Assembly (NCBI GenBank): GCA_964469565.1 | Contig: CAYXZD010000005.1 | Coordinates: 43,463-107,462 of the forward strand | DNA from: an uncultured Planctomycetaceae bacterium | Lineage (GTDB): Bacteria; Planctomycetota; UBA1135; GCA-002686595 | Length of the DNA: 64,000 nt | Direction of reading: 5' to 3' | Part shown: piece by piece, positions 18,613-27,729 of the stretch | Numbering within the stretch: the first letter of the stretch is position 1 | How the letters are laid out: each line of letters begins with the position of its first letter | Position numbers and translations under genes: made by a program | The notes under the pieces: model-generated | The model's database searches: none | Seen by the model: the letters and a program-made list of their open reading frames with translations, nothing else | What the model was told of the DNA's origin: nothing

Positions 18613-21168
18613 ATGAGCCAGCGCGCCCCGGAGACCCCTTGCCCCACCGAACCGGTCTCCCGCCCCCTATTCACCCTATCGCTCGCTCTGGCATTTGGAT
18701 CTGTAGCCGGCCATGTCCAGACCCAGTGGGGCTGCAGCATGGCGATGGCGGGCTTGGCCGGCCTCGCATGGCGTTCACGAAGAACATCCTGCGGAAGTCT
18801 CGGCCCAGTCGTCGTGCTCGTGATGGGCGGTCTCGCGGGATTGCGCACCCATGTCAGGATGCCCAGTCCACCGCAACGGGCAACTCAAACCCATGAATTG
18901 GGATCGACGACTGGAACGGGTCTCGATCCGCAATCGTTGGAATCTTCGCACCCAAACGGCCCGACTCTCGCTGTACCTGGCCAGCCCATTCCCTACGGGC
19001 GCTGGACACCGGAGTCAGGGTCTCGGTCCCTGTCAAGGGAGTCCGAACGTGGCTGCACGCATACAGAGTCCCTGCCCTTCCAATGCTTGGCGGGCACGCT
19101 TCAACCCGATGAGTTCGTGCAAGCAATTGGACCCGGGTCGGTCACTCGCACGACCGGGCGAACATCTGCCCCCGCCGAGGTTTGGCGCACCGACTTTGCC
19201 CCCGATGAACTGGTGAGGATCGCTCCAGCTCGCCCCGCCCTGATCCCCACCTCCATCCCTTGGCTCGAGAACTGGCGTGCGGCCATCAGCCATCGACTCT
19301 TGAGGGCCGAAGGGTCTCTGCCAAGCGATGCGCCCAGTCGCGGCTTGCTGCCCGCACTCATCATTGGGGATCGCACGCACCTTGACGCCGGAACTTCCGA
19401 CCTGTTCACACGCACGGGTACCCGCCACCTCTTGGCACTTTCTGGTCTGCATGTTGGACTGATCGCTTGGTTAGTGGTTTGGCCCCTTGGAGCCGCGCTG
19501 ATGGGAATCCTGAGCTTGCTCACCACGGCGATCCGTCGAGTTTGCCACGACAGACCGTCCCGACGCGGCACCTCGGGTCTAAGTCATGGACCACTGGGCA
19601 ACGGGGCCCGTGCGACTCCGAATCCTCCCCTCGGGATTCACATGGTAAGAGCAGGATTGGTCCTACTCATGATTCCACTCGGAGGAGGCGGCCCCGCCAT
19701 CACACGCGCAGCCATTGCCCTCTCTCTCGCTGCCCTTGCCAATGTTTTGCCCCTCGGTGCGGGCTCCTCCCAGTGGGGGCGGCGCACCGACGGGCTCTCC
19801 TTGTGGGGTGCGGCCTTGAGCTTTGAACTGCTCGCAAACCCCATGTCGATTGGCCATATCGGCCTGCAACTCTCGTACCTAGCCACTCTCGGACTGATCC
19901 TTGGAATGGGACCGCTTGGCCGCCGCCACCCCCTCAACCTAAGGGACCACGATTCTTTGGGGCGCCCCCGCAGCCCATGGTGGCGCATCCCCCTCCAGCG
20001 ACTCTTCGACATCACCTGGCTAGGGCTCTGCGCCTCTGTCCTCGCCGTCATCAGCACCTTGCCCGTCGTCTGGGATAGGTTTGGGCAGGTAGCCCCGGCG
20101 GGGATTCTCGCCACCCTCTTGTCCTTGCCCATTCTCATCGCCCTGCTGGGTGCAGGCTGGTTGCACGCATTGATTCCCGCAGCCCTGCCGATTCATGTTC
20201 TGAACCTGCCCGGCCAGTGGCTTGTCGGATTGCTTGAGCTTTTCGATGGCCTGCCCGGCACCCCTTTGATTCTACCGCATCGACATTGGATCTGGGTCAC
20301 GCTCGCCTGCTCCCTCGGCTTAGCTTCATTGCTTCAGCGGGAGCCTCCCCTCGCAGCCACGCGAAGTCGGGGTAAGCTCCTAGGGATGCTCGCACTCGCC
20401 AGTGGGGCTGCGCTCTGGATTCCTGACCCGCAGCCCGCTGAAGCTGAACTAGTGTTGCTCGACGTGGGACACGGGACCGCAGCCTTACTGCGTGTGCCCG
20501 GCGAAGATGTCTGGCTCTTTGACGCAGGGTCCCGAGACCGAGTGGGAGTGAGCCGCGCCATCATCGCACAGCTACGCGAGTGGGACGCGAAGCATCTCAG
20601 TGTAGTGATCAGCCACCGCCATCATGACCATGCGGGTGCGCTGCCGCCCATCCTTGAGCGGTATACCGTGAGCACGGGAGCAGGCGCGCTGGTGGGGACA
20701 GAATCATGGAAACGGGTACCGATTGATCTCGACCGGGGCAGAGCCCAACTCCCGACACAGTCCGTGCTTGAGTTGCACCTCCTGCGCGGTTCCGCTACTG
20801 ACGGGAACGAGGGGTCGAGGAGCCTGGAGATCCGCTTGGGCTCGTGGTCGGCCCTCCTTACGGGAGATGCCGAGCAGGAAGGCCTCGCAAAACTGCTGGA
20901 CCAAGATGTTCTGCGTGGGCCCTACGACCTGCTTCTCCTCCCACACCACGGTTCCCAGACTCCACACCTCGACTCTCTGCTTGAGCAATGCCGACCCGGT
21001 ACCGTCTGGATCAGCTGCGGACAAACTGCGGCTCTGGGGCCCGAATTGGACCGCCGGGGACTGGAGTGGAACTCAACCCATCGTTCAGGGGCCCTACGCA
21101 CGGTAATCCACACATCTATAGACGTAGACCAGAATCTCCCTAGTGACTCCCCCGCTGCGGAGGGATAA
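18613..21168 (+). CDS. comEC: DNA internalization-related competence protein ComEC/Rec2 (competence domain plus metallo-beta-lactamase domain)
   Basis: LPALIIGDRTHLDAGTSDLFTRTGTRHLLALSGLHVGLIAWL (ComEC competence domain) and multiple TM segments. C-terminal MBL domain: LVLLDVGHGTAALL, VVISHRHHDHAGAL, LLTGDAE, LLLPHHGS. The exact start is uncertain. Confidence 0.88.
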   Translation: MSQRAPETPCPTEPVSRPLFTLSLALAFGSVAGHVQTQWGCSMAMAGLAGLAWRSRRTSCGSLGPVVVLVMGGLAGLRTHVRMPSPPQRATQTHELGSTTGTGLDPQSLESSHPNGPTLAVPGQPIPYGRWTPESGSRSLSRESERGCTHTESLPFQCLAGTLQPDEFVQAIGPGSVTRTTGRTSAPAEVWRTDFAPDELVRIAPARPALIPTSIPWLENWRAAISHRLLRAEGSLPSDAPSRGLLPALIIGDRTHLDAGTSDLFTRTGTRHLLALSGLHVGLIAWLVVWPLGAALMGILSLLTTAIRRVCHDRPSRRGTSGLSHGPLGNGARATPNPPLGIHMVRAGLVLLMIPLGGGGPAITRAAIALSLAALANVLPLGAGSSQWGRRTDGLSLWGAALSFELLANPMSIGHIGLQLSYLATLGLILGMGPLGRRHPLNLRDHDSLGRPRSPWWRIPLQRLFDITWLGLCASVLAVISTLPVVWDRFGQVAPAGILATLLSLPILIALLGAGWLHALIPAALPIHVLNLPGQWLVGLLELFDGLPGTPLILPHRHWIWVTLACSLGLASLLQREPPLAATRSRGKLLGMLALASGAALWIPDPQPAEAELVLLDVGHGTAALLRVPGEDVWLFDAGSRDRVGVSRAIIAQLREWDAKHLSVVISHRHHDHAGALPPILERYTVSTGAGALVGTESWKRVPIDLDRGRAQLPTQSVLELHLLRGSATDGNEGSRSLEIRLGSWSALLTGDAEQEGLAKLLDQDVLRGPYDLLLLPHHGSQTPHLDSLLEQCRPGTVWISCGQTAALGPELDRRGLEWNSTHRSGALRTVIHTSIDVDQNLPSDSPAAEG

Positions 21169-21175
21169 TCCAACC

Positions 21176-22483
21176 ATGCTTCTAACGACAACCCTGATTC
21201 TCTGCACTTCAATTGCCAGTGTCAGTCCGTTCGGCACACCCAAGGCCTGGCCTCAGACTCCCACAGACTCCACTGCATGGGAGTTGCCCACCGACAAGGC
21301 TCAGAAACGTCTGCTCCTATGCCGAGGGGGTGTTGTCTTGCGGCGACTGGCCCGTACCAATGAGCACGGGGAATGGGAGACACGCAAGGACGGCCAGTGG
21401 ACGGTACTTCCCCGCGGCCTCGTCCTCTCCTACGCACTCGAAAAGGAAGTCGAGCGGGAGTTTGAACAGCGTATGGGTCTTACCCGACGCATGAAGGGCT
21501 CAGAGCAAGTAGAACAACAATGTCAGATCGCGGCATGGGCCCTCGATCAAGGGCTGCTGACTGAGGGCCTCGCCACCCTAGACCGGATTCTTAAGGAACA
21601 ACCCGATAGCACGGTGGCGCGCAATTCCGCCACCGCCCATTCAAACCGTCTAGGAGTCCCCCGCCTACCCGATGATCTAGTATTCACAGGGGAAACGATG
21701 CCCGGTGCCCTCGAGTCTTTTCTCACTTGGAGTAGCGCATGCGGTGCGGCCCTGCGAGAAGCCGCCATCCTCAAGCTCGCTGTTCTGCGTGAGCGCGAAG
21801 GATTGTTGACAGTCCTAACGGGCGAACTCGGGTCTCGCCAGCCCCAGAGGCGAACCCTAGCCTCGTTAGCATTGAGGCGTTTGTACAAAGGCAAGGCAGT
21901 GCGTCCTCTGATCCTGCATGCCGTCCTCGACCCCGACCGCGAGATGCGCACGAGCAGTGCGCTCACCCTTGGGGCCGCCCAAGACAATGCCGTGACCCTC
22001 CCATTCGTCAAAGCCCTCGCCAGCCGAGATCCCCTGCTGCGTCAACGCTCAGTGCAAGCCCTGGGCCTCATGGCTTACCCAGCTGCAGTCGAACCCCTCG
22101 CTCATCATCTAAAGGGACTGGCACAACCGGGCGCCGCCGCCAGGGGAGGCCCTGGCCGTGTTCCTCACTCCAACATCTATGTGGGAACTCAAACCGCCTA
22201 CCTTCAGGACTTCGATGTGGAAGTCGCCATGGGCAGCGCCATCGCCGACCCTATCGTCAATGTGCTCACTTCGGGCAACGTGCTCGATGTGGGAGTGATC
22301 AGCGTCAGCCAATCCCACTTTGCCACCGAGTCTCGTTCCATTCGCACCGCACTCGGAAACCTCACGGGGGTCAATCCTGGAAAAACCAATCGAGCTTGGA
22401 TCGAGTGGTGGGATCAACACGGTGCTGCCTGGCTAGCGAGCCAGGCAAGGGAGCCGGAAAGCTCAATGCCCCAACGGTTCTAA
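21176..22483 (+). CDS. Secreted HEAT/PBS-lyase-repeat protein, function unknown
   Basis: Start preferred at MLLTTTLILCTSIASV (ATG 21176, 8 nt after the comEC stop). HEAT-like repeats: RRTLASLALRRL, LDPDREMRTSSALTLGAAQDNAVTLPFVKALASRDPLLRQRSVQALGLMAYPAAVEPL. Confidence 0.65.
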   Translation: MLLTTTLILCTSIASVSPFGTPKAWPQTPTDSTAWELPTDKAQKRLLLCRGGVVLRRLARTNEHGEWETRKDGQWTVLPRGLVLSYALEKEVEREFEQRMGLTRRMKGSEQVEQQCQIAAWALDQGLLTEGLATLDRILKEQPDSTVARNSATAHSNRLGVPRLPDDLVFTGETMPGALESFLTWSSACGAALREAAILKLAVLREREGLLTVLTGELGSRQPQRRTLASLALRRLYKGKAVRPLILHAVLDPDREMRTSSALTLGAAQDNAVTLPFVKALASRDPLLRQRSVQALGLMAYPAAVEPLAHHLKGLAQPGAAARGGPGRVPHSNIYVGTQTAYLQDFDVEVAMGSAIADPIVNVLTSGNVLDVGVISVSQSHFATESRSIRTALGNLTGVNPGKTNRAWIEWWDQHGAAWLASQAREPESSMPQRF

Positions 22484-22741
22484 GTGGGCAGCACTCACTT
22501 CTAGGTACGGTTACCACCGCCTGCGCACGCCTAGCCGGCCACCACAACCCGCGGCAAGCATCTCTGGCAGATCACTCCTCGAAAACCGGTCCATAGGCTT
22601 GGGAACTGTTTGTTCCGAGTAAGGCCACGCCTCCCCTGAATCCGTAGGGGCATCCCCTCCCCGACTTGCAATTCACCTTCTGCATGGGGAACTGAATTGT
22701 TCTATGTTTGAGGAGACGAATCAGCCGTTTCGATTCAAGCC

Positions 22742-23947
22742 ATGACTCTCACCAGTTCCCTCATCCTGACCTTTCTGTGGATCGCTCAAGATCCCGGCGG
22801 TGCGAAGCACTGTGATGAACAGAGTCAGGGCACCGCATCCGTGGTGGAGACTGTACGCCTCAAACGCGTGGCCCCGAAATCTTGGGAGGTAATCCTACCG
22901 GGCCCCGCATGGCATCCCCTCACCAACCCGCTCATCGTCAATGAGCACAGGTTTGCAGTCTCGACAGATGCCCGTGGTGACTTGCGCCTCGATACGACCG
23001 GAGACGGGCGCAAGGACACGGCCGTCCGGGCCGGACACTCCATCATTCAACTGTCGGCTCCGGGTATACAGCCCTATGCACTCCGGCTCCGACGAGCCGG
23101 GATCACCTGGGAATGGTCCAACGCCGAAGTCATGCAAGGAGAGATCGAGGGCCAACTCCTCACTTTGATTGACCTCAACGGTGATGGGCGCTTTGATGAG
23201 TATGGCACAGACGCGATGACGATCGCCGAGAAGGCGGCCGCTAGCCATTTGTCGCGAGTGGTTTCCATGGCTGGACGTTTATACCACCTCGATATTGCGC
23301 CTGATGGAACCCAGGCCAGTACACGCCCGTACACCGCCCCGTGCGCCCGCCTCAACGTAGTCCGGCAGTTTCAGTCCCGGGGCGAATTGGTTTCAGCGAT
23401 CTTTCAAAGCGGCGATTACTCCTTTGATTTTTCTGAAGCTCACTCGGGCCTACGCGTCCCCGCCGGCGAATACACCTTTCGGTCCGGCCTGGTGAGCTTT
23501 GGCAACGAATCAGCACGCATGGCGGGTACACAGATGGCTCCGATCGTCTTGGCTGACGGCGAGGACCGAGATCTTTCCTGGGGAGGGCCACTCAATGCAC
23601 AATTCCGCTGCCGAATTCGAAACGGCGAATTGACCGTCTTCAGCAATCTTCGATTCACAGGATCTGGCGGAGAGAGTTATTTTGATTTTTTCCCTGAAGC
23701 CTCCGCGCCTCGGATTCGTGTACTCGACGCGAGCTCGGGAAAGATCGTGCAGTACGGACAGATGGGCGGATGCTGCGGGGGCGGGTTCAGCGCATTTGTT
23801 GCACGTGTCCCCCGCTCAACTCCCCTCGACGTACAACTCATCCACGAGCGGCGGATTTTCGAAAAGATATCAGGACGCGTGCGAGCTATCCCTTGCAAGT
23901 CCAAGGTCAAGGCGTCTGGGAAGTCCACAGATCAGCCTCCCCGGTGA
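22742..23947 (+). CDS. Hypothetical secreted protein
   Basis: 401 aa ORF with a hydrophobic N-terminus (MTLTSSLILTFLWIA) and GC-rich third codon positions. Contains DTTGDGRKD and DLNGDGRFDEYG calcium-loop-like motifs. No family recognised. Confidence 0.6.
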   Translation: MTLTSSLILTFLWIAQDPGGAKHCDEQSQGTASVVETVRLKRVAPKSWEVILPGPAWHPLTNPLIVNEHRFAVSTDARGDLRLDTTGDGRKDTAVRAGHSIIQLSAPGIQPYALRLRRAGITWEWSNAEVMQGEIEGQLLTLIDLNGDGRFDEYGTDAMTIAEKAAASHLSRVVSMAGRLYHLDIAPDGTQASTRPYTAPCARLNVVRQFQSRGELVSAIFQSGDYSFDFSEAHSGLRVPAGEYTFRSGLVSFGNESARMAGTQMAPIVLADGEDRDLSWGGPLNAQFRCRIRNGELTVFSNLRFTGSGGESYFDFFPEASAPRIRVLDASSGKIVQYGQMGGCCGGGFSAFVARVPRSTPLDVQLIHERRIFEKISGRVRAIPCKSKVKASGKSTDQPPR

Positions 23948-23967
23948 GATAACAACGGCACACGAGC

Positions 23968-24051
23968 CCGCCGCTGTCTCCCCGCCGTAGCCTCCCCGCC
24001 GCAGTCTCCCCGCCGCAGTCTCCCAGCCGCTGTCTCCCAGCCGCTGTCTCC
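23968..24051. repeat. Six tandem copies of a 14-bp unit (consensus CCGCCGCWGTCTCC)
   Basis: Read directly: ccgccgctgtctcc / ccgccgtagcctcc / ccgccgcagtctcc / ccgccgcagtctcc / cagccgctgtctcc / cagccgctgtctcc, head to tail with no spacers. Located between two convergent genes. Confidence 0.9.
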
Positions 24052-24074
24052 CAAACCTAGGGCCCCCCCAGTCG

Positions 24075-25625
24075 CTAGCCCTCTTGGGCCGCAAGTCCAA
24101 AACGAGGCGCCAAGAAACCTTTGAAGCCTTGCAGGGCTGTCCGCTGCATGTAGAACGCCAGCCCTCGCTCGGCCCCGAGCTCCTCGCCACCCCCTGCTCG
24201 CCCGGGTCCTCCGTGGATGGAAGCTGGAAGGACCATGCCTGGGGGCAGGCTCTGGCCGATGCCTCGCTCGCTACCCAACCAAACCCTGCCGTGCCAGGGA
24301 GCCACCCCGATGACATAGGACTCTGCCCAGTCCCCATCACTGCTGTACAGGCTTGTGACAAGTCCTCCGCCCCCCAAGTTGACCAACTCGATCGCCTCGG
24401 CGACGTCGCCCGAATAGGGCAGGATCGTCGACACGGGGCCAAAGACCTCAAGTTCGTGGAGCACTTCAGCACGCGGATCCTCAGCCACCAGCAAGGTCGG
24501 TGCAACGAAGCAGGCACCGTGTTCCGTTTCCCCACTACCACCCATGACGACCTGGGCCACCTCAGAGAGTCGTTCAATCCCAGCCCGTACGTCGGCCAAC
24601 TGAGCGCTGTCGGTCAGGGGTCCCATTCGATGCTCACGATCCGCAGGATCTCCCACCCGCACACGACCGATCTCTGCCATGAGGTCCGCTTGAACTTCTT
24701 GCACGCGGTCAGCAGGCACCAGGATCCGACGCACTGCCGTACATTTCTGACCCGCTTTCTGGGTCATGTCGGTAGCAATATTGGAAAGGAAGGCCCCGTA
24801 GGTCTCCGAACTCGGTTCCACATCCGGGGCTAGAACCGCGGCATTGAGAGAATCCGCCTCGATGTTGACGCGAACATTGTGGGCCACGACATTCGCATGG
24901 CCGCGCATCAAGGCTCCAGTCTTGGCTGAGCCCGTGAAGGCGAGGCAGTCCTGGGGACCGAGATGATCCAGCAGATCCCCCGCAGATCCAGCAATGAACT
25001 GGAAGGCCCCCTCCGGAAGAATGCCAGAGTCAACCGTGATCTGAGCGAGTCGCCAAGCCAGTAGGGCCGTCGGCGAACCGGGCTTTTCAATCACCGGCAT
25101 GCCGGCCAAGAGAGCGCAGGCCGCTTTTTCGAACATGCCCCACGCTGGAAAGTTGAACGCATTGATGTGGACCGCAACGCCTACCCGTGGGCTCAGGATG
25201 TGCTGGCCCCAGTAGCGGGCAGTGCGACCTAATTGAACTCCCTCCCCGTCAGGCAGAGTCTTCCGATCCCCTAGGGACCGAGCGTAATGAGCGTAGGCCG
25301 CGAGTGTGCCTGTAGCTCCGTCGATGTCAAACTTTGCGTCTCCACGGGTATTGCCGCCGCAAAGACGACCCAACTCAATCAATTCCTCACGTTCAGCGTG
25401 CAGAGCCCCGGATAAATCCTTGAGCATTTGACCCCGCTCAGCAAACGAGAGGCCGCGCAGGTTTGGCCCCCCAACCGTGCGCGCATGCTCGGTCATCGCG
25501 GCAAAATCGATGTCCCCCGAGGGCAGTGCCGCTACGGTGTCCCCCGTGGCGGGGTTCTGCAGGAGACGGGGCTCGCCAGTCCCTTGGTGCCATTGGCCGG
25601 AGACGTAGCTCGAAAGTGTGTGCAT
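24075..25625 (-). CDS. Aldehyde dehydrogenase of the PaaZ N-terminal / BoxD type (3,4-dehydroadipyl-CoA semialdehyde dehydrogenase-like)
   Basis: 516 aa. The N-terminus MHTLSSYVSGQWHQGTGEPRLLQNPATGDTVAAL..DFAAMTEHARTVGGPNLRGLSFAERGQML follows the PaaZ/BoxD ALDH pattern. Catalytic-region motifs FTGSAKTG and KAGQKCTAVRRILVP. Confidence 0.75.
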   Translation of the reverse strand: MHTLSSYVSGQWHQGTGEPRLLQNPATGDTVAALPSGDIDFAAMTEHARTVGGPNLRGLSFAERGQMLKDLSGALHAEREELIELGRLCGGNTRGDAKFDIDGATGTLAAYAHYARSLGDRKTLPDGEGVQLGRTARYWGQHILSPRVGVAVHINAFNFPAWGMFEKAACALLAGMPVIEKPGSPTALLAWRLAQITVDSGILPEGAFQFIAGSAGDLLDHLGPQDCLAFTGSAKTGALMRGHANVVAHNVRVNIEADSLNAAVLAPDVEPSSETYGAFLSNIATDMTQKAGQKCTAVRRILVPADRVQEVQADLMAEIGRVRVGDPADREHRMGPLTDSAQLADVRAGIERLSEVAQVVMGGSGETEHGACFVAPTLLVAEDPRAEVLHELEVFGPVSTILPYSGDVAEAIELVNLGGGGLVTSLYSSDGDWAESYVIGVAPWHGRVWLGSERGIGQSLPPGMVLPASIHGGPGRAGGGEELGAERGLAFYMQRTALQGFKGFLAPRFGLAAQEG

Positions 25626-25727
25626 GAGAGTCGTACCTAGGGAGAACGGGGATTCGGGCGAACAGGATAGCGCATGAAAGGGTATGCGCCCATCCCAGCA
25701 GGGCCCTTGAACAAGCTAGTCTAGGCC

Positions 25728-26717
25728 ATGGCCAACCCTTCCCCCTCTAACCATCCCCCCAGCCGACCTGACGGTCAGGCCCCACACTCAACCCAAGGCA
25801 CCCCCCCTAGCCTCAGCCGCTCTCACCTCGCCACCGAACAGCGCCATCCCGAGGCGGCCAACCTCGACCAACTCTCAACGCCCGAGGCCCTCGCGCTCTT
25901 TGCCCAAGCCGATGCAGACGCAGCCGAGGCCGTGCGAGGTGCCCAGCCTGCTCTGGCGGCTGCCGTTGAGCTCTTGTCTCGCCAATTGGCACGGGGGGGG
26001 CGACTGATCTACATCGGAGCAGGCACAAGTGGACGCTTGGGTGTCCTCGATGCCAGTGAATGCCCGCCCACATTCCAGAGCCAGCCCGAACAGGTACAGG
26101 CCATCATCGCGGGCGGTCCCCAAGCCCTGACCCAAGCGATCGAAGGCGCCGAGGACTCAGAGAGGGATGGATCCCTTGCTGTAGAGCAGCTTGCCCTAGG
26201 CCCTGATGATGTGCTCTTGGGAATCAGCGCGGGAGGGACGACCCCGTTCGTTCACGCAGCCCTTACCGCCGCCCAGAAACTCGGATGCGCCACCGTTTTT
26301 CTTACCTGTGTACCTGCTGAACAAGTCCCCGACCCGGCCGATGTTTGCATCCGACTCATCACCGGACCGGAACTCGTCGCAGGCTCTACCCGCCTCAAGG
26401 CCGGAACCGCAACGAAAATGGCGTTGAATACCCTATCGACCCTGACCATGGTCCGCCTTGGCAAGGTGTACGGCAACCTCATGGTCGATGTAGATACGTC
26501 CGCGAATGCGAAGCTGGTGGAGCGCGCGGAGCGCATCTTGATGACCCTCCACGGGATGACACGGACTGTAGCGCAGACCTATCTCAAAGCTGCGGGAGGC
26601 CAAGTCAAAACAGCTGCAGTCATGCACGCCTGGGGGCTCGACAGGCACGCGGCTCGACAACATCTCGATGCACACGGACAGCACCTGCGGCCCGCACTTC
26701 GATTCCCACCCAGCTAG
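25728..26717 (+). CDS. murQ: N-acetylmuramic acid 6-phosphate etherase
   Basis: LATEQRHPEAANLDQLS, GGRLIYIGAGTSGRLGVLDASECPPTF, IIAGGPQALTQAIEGAEDS, GISAGGTTPFV, GSTRLKAGTATKMALN, KVYGNLMVDV. SIS-domain MurQ signatures preceded by a low-complexity N-terminal extension. Confidence 0.88.
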   Translation: MANPSPSNHPPSRPDGQAPHSTQGTPPSLSRSHLATEQRHPEAANLDQLSTPEALALFAQADADAAEAVRGAQPALAAAVELLSRQLARGGRLIYIGAGTSGRLGVLDASECPPTFQSQPEQVQAIIAGGPQALTQAIEGAEDSERDGSLAVEQLALGPDDVLLGISAGGTTPFVHAALTAAQKLGCATVFLTCVPAEQVPDPADVCIRLITGPELVAGSTRLKAGTATKMALNTLSTLTMVRLGKVYGNLMVDVDTSANAKLVERAERILMTLHGMTRTVAQTYLKAAGGQVKTAAVMHAWGLDRHAARQHLDAHGQHLRPALRFPPS

Positions 26718-26991
26718 GCCTGCCCCGAGCGATCGATCGAATTGTGGAAAACTCACCCGCCAGTTACGGGTCCTTATCTGGGGAATCTGGGATTGAGCAC
26801 AGGCCGTACTTGCCCTAGCTGTCGATGACGAGAGAGTTTTGCAAGCGTCACTGTAACCGCTTATGAACACTGCAGTTAGTGGCGTGGCCCTCTGCTCGCC
26901 CCCCCTTTCTTGAGGTGCCTAGCCGACCCACCCCCAGGGGCCGATGCAAGGGATTCTCCTCGGAGCATGCCTCGCCCCCTAGCGTGGAGGT

Positions 26992-27729
26992 ATGGGCACG
27001 GCTCCGACTGCGCCCAAGTTTCCCATGCAGCCCACCCATTCTACCCACGCGTTTGCCTCCACCCTGTCGGCAACGGCTCCCCCCCTGGCTGGGGAGGGAA
27101 CGCAGCGACAGATTCTCACCCTACCCGATGTCCAGCGGCTCCTCGCTGGAAAGGACGAACGATCCAGACTCGCCACCCTAGCCCACGGCGATCCACTGAA
27201 CATGTACGAGTCCGCCCGACGCTGGCTTCGGCGGGCCTGCCTGCTGTACGAAGTGGAGCCTTTCGTGAAAAGGGCGTGCGTTGCATTGTGCTCCCAGCAA
27301 GCTGTCTTCGACAAGCAGACATCGTTCTGCGACGAGGCTGGCCAGAGCCGCATCCCCCTCGAATGCTGGCTCGATCCGATCCATCGACGGACCGCTGACG
27401 TCTTGCATGCCCAAGACCAGAGGGCAGAGCAGGAGGGACAGGCCCTGCCCGAACCCCTGCCCGCACGTTTCCATTGCCTGCAAGCGGTGTTGGGGATCGA
27501 GGACTGCAACCTAAGGGTGGCTTGCATCCACGCAAACGCCTTACCCGATCGAGAGCGCAGCGCCTTCTTCCACTTGATCATTCGGGGCATGGGCCTAGCG
27601 GATTACTCACGATCCCATGGCATGAACGCAGAAACGGCCCGCCAAGCATTGGCGGATGCACTCAAGACTATCGGGCACGGCCAAGATCTATGTGCGCCCT
27701 ATTCCCCAACCCCCATGGAGCAAGCATGA
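26992..27729 (+). CDS. Hypothetical DNA-binding protein with a C-terminal sigma-70 region-4 / LuxR-like HTH
   Basis: 245 aa. The C-terminal LPDRERSAFFHLIIRGMGLADYSRSHGMNAETARQALADALKTI fits the sigma region 4.2 pattern (L..RER.v..L....G.s..EIa...g.s..Tvks.l.rA...L). I could not recognise a convincing region 2. Its stop overlaps the next start (ATGA, 27726-27729). Confidence 0.55.
   Translation: MGTAPTAPKFPMQPTHSTHAFASTLSATAPPLAGEGTQRQILTLPDVQRLLAGKDERSRLATLAHGDPLNMYESARRWLRRACLLYEVEPFVKRACVALCSQQAVFDKQTSFCDEAGQSRIPLECWLDPIHRRTADVLHAQDQRAEQEGQALPEPLPARFHCLQAVLGIEDCNLRVACIHANALPDRERSAFFHLIIRGMGLADYSRSHGMNAETARQALADALKTIGHGQDLCAPYSPTPMEQA

Noticed and set aside
23968-24051. The tandem 14-bp array considered as a CRISPR array
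   Set aside because: The repeats are only 14 bp, directly abutting with no spacers, and no cas genes are in the window.
26979-27590. 203-aa minus-strand ORF overlapping the sigma-r4-like gene. It was considered as the real gene at this locus.
   Set aside because: The plus-strand frame carries a recognisable HTH and is translationally coupled (ATGA) to the next plus-strand gene. The minus-strand product is Arg/Ser/Trp-rich with no motif. Some uncertainty remains.
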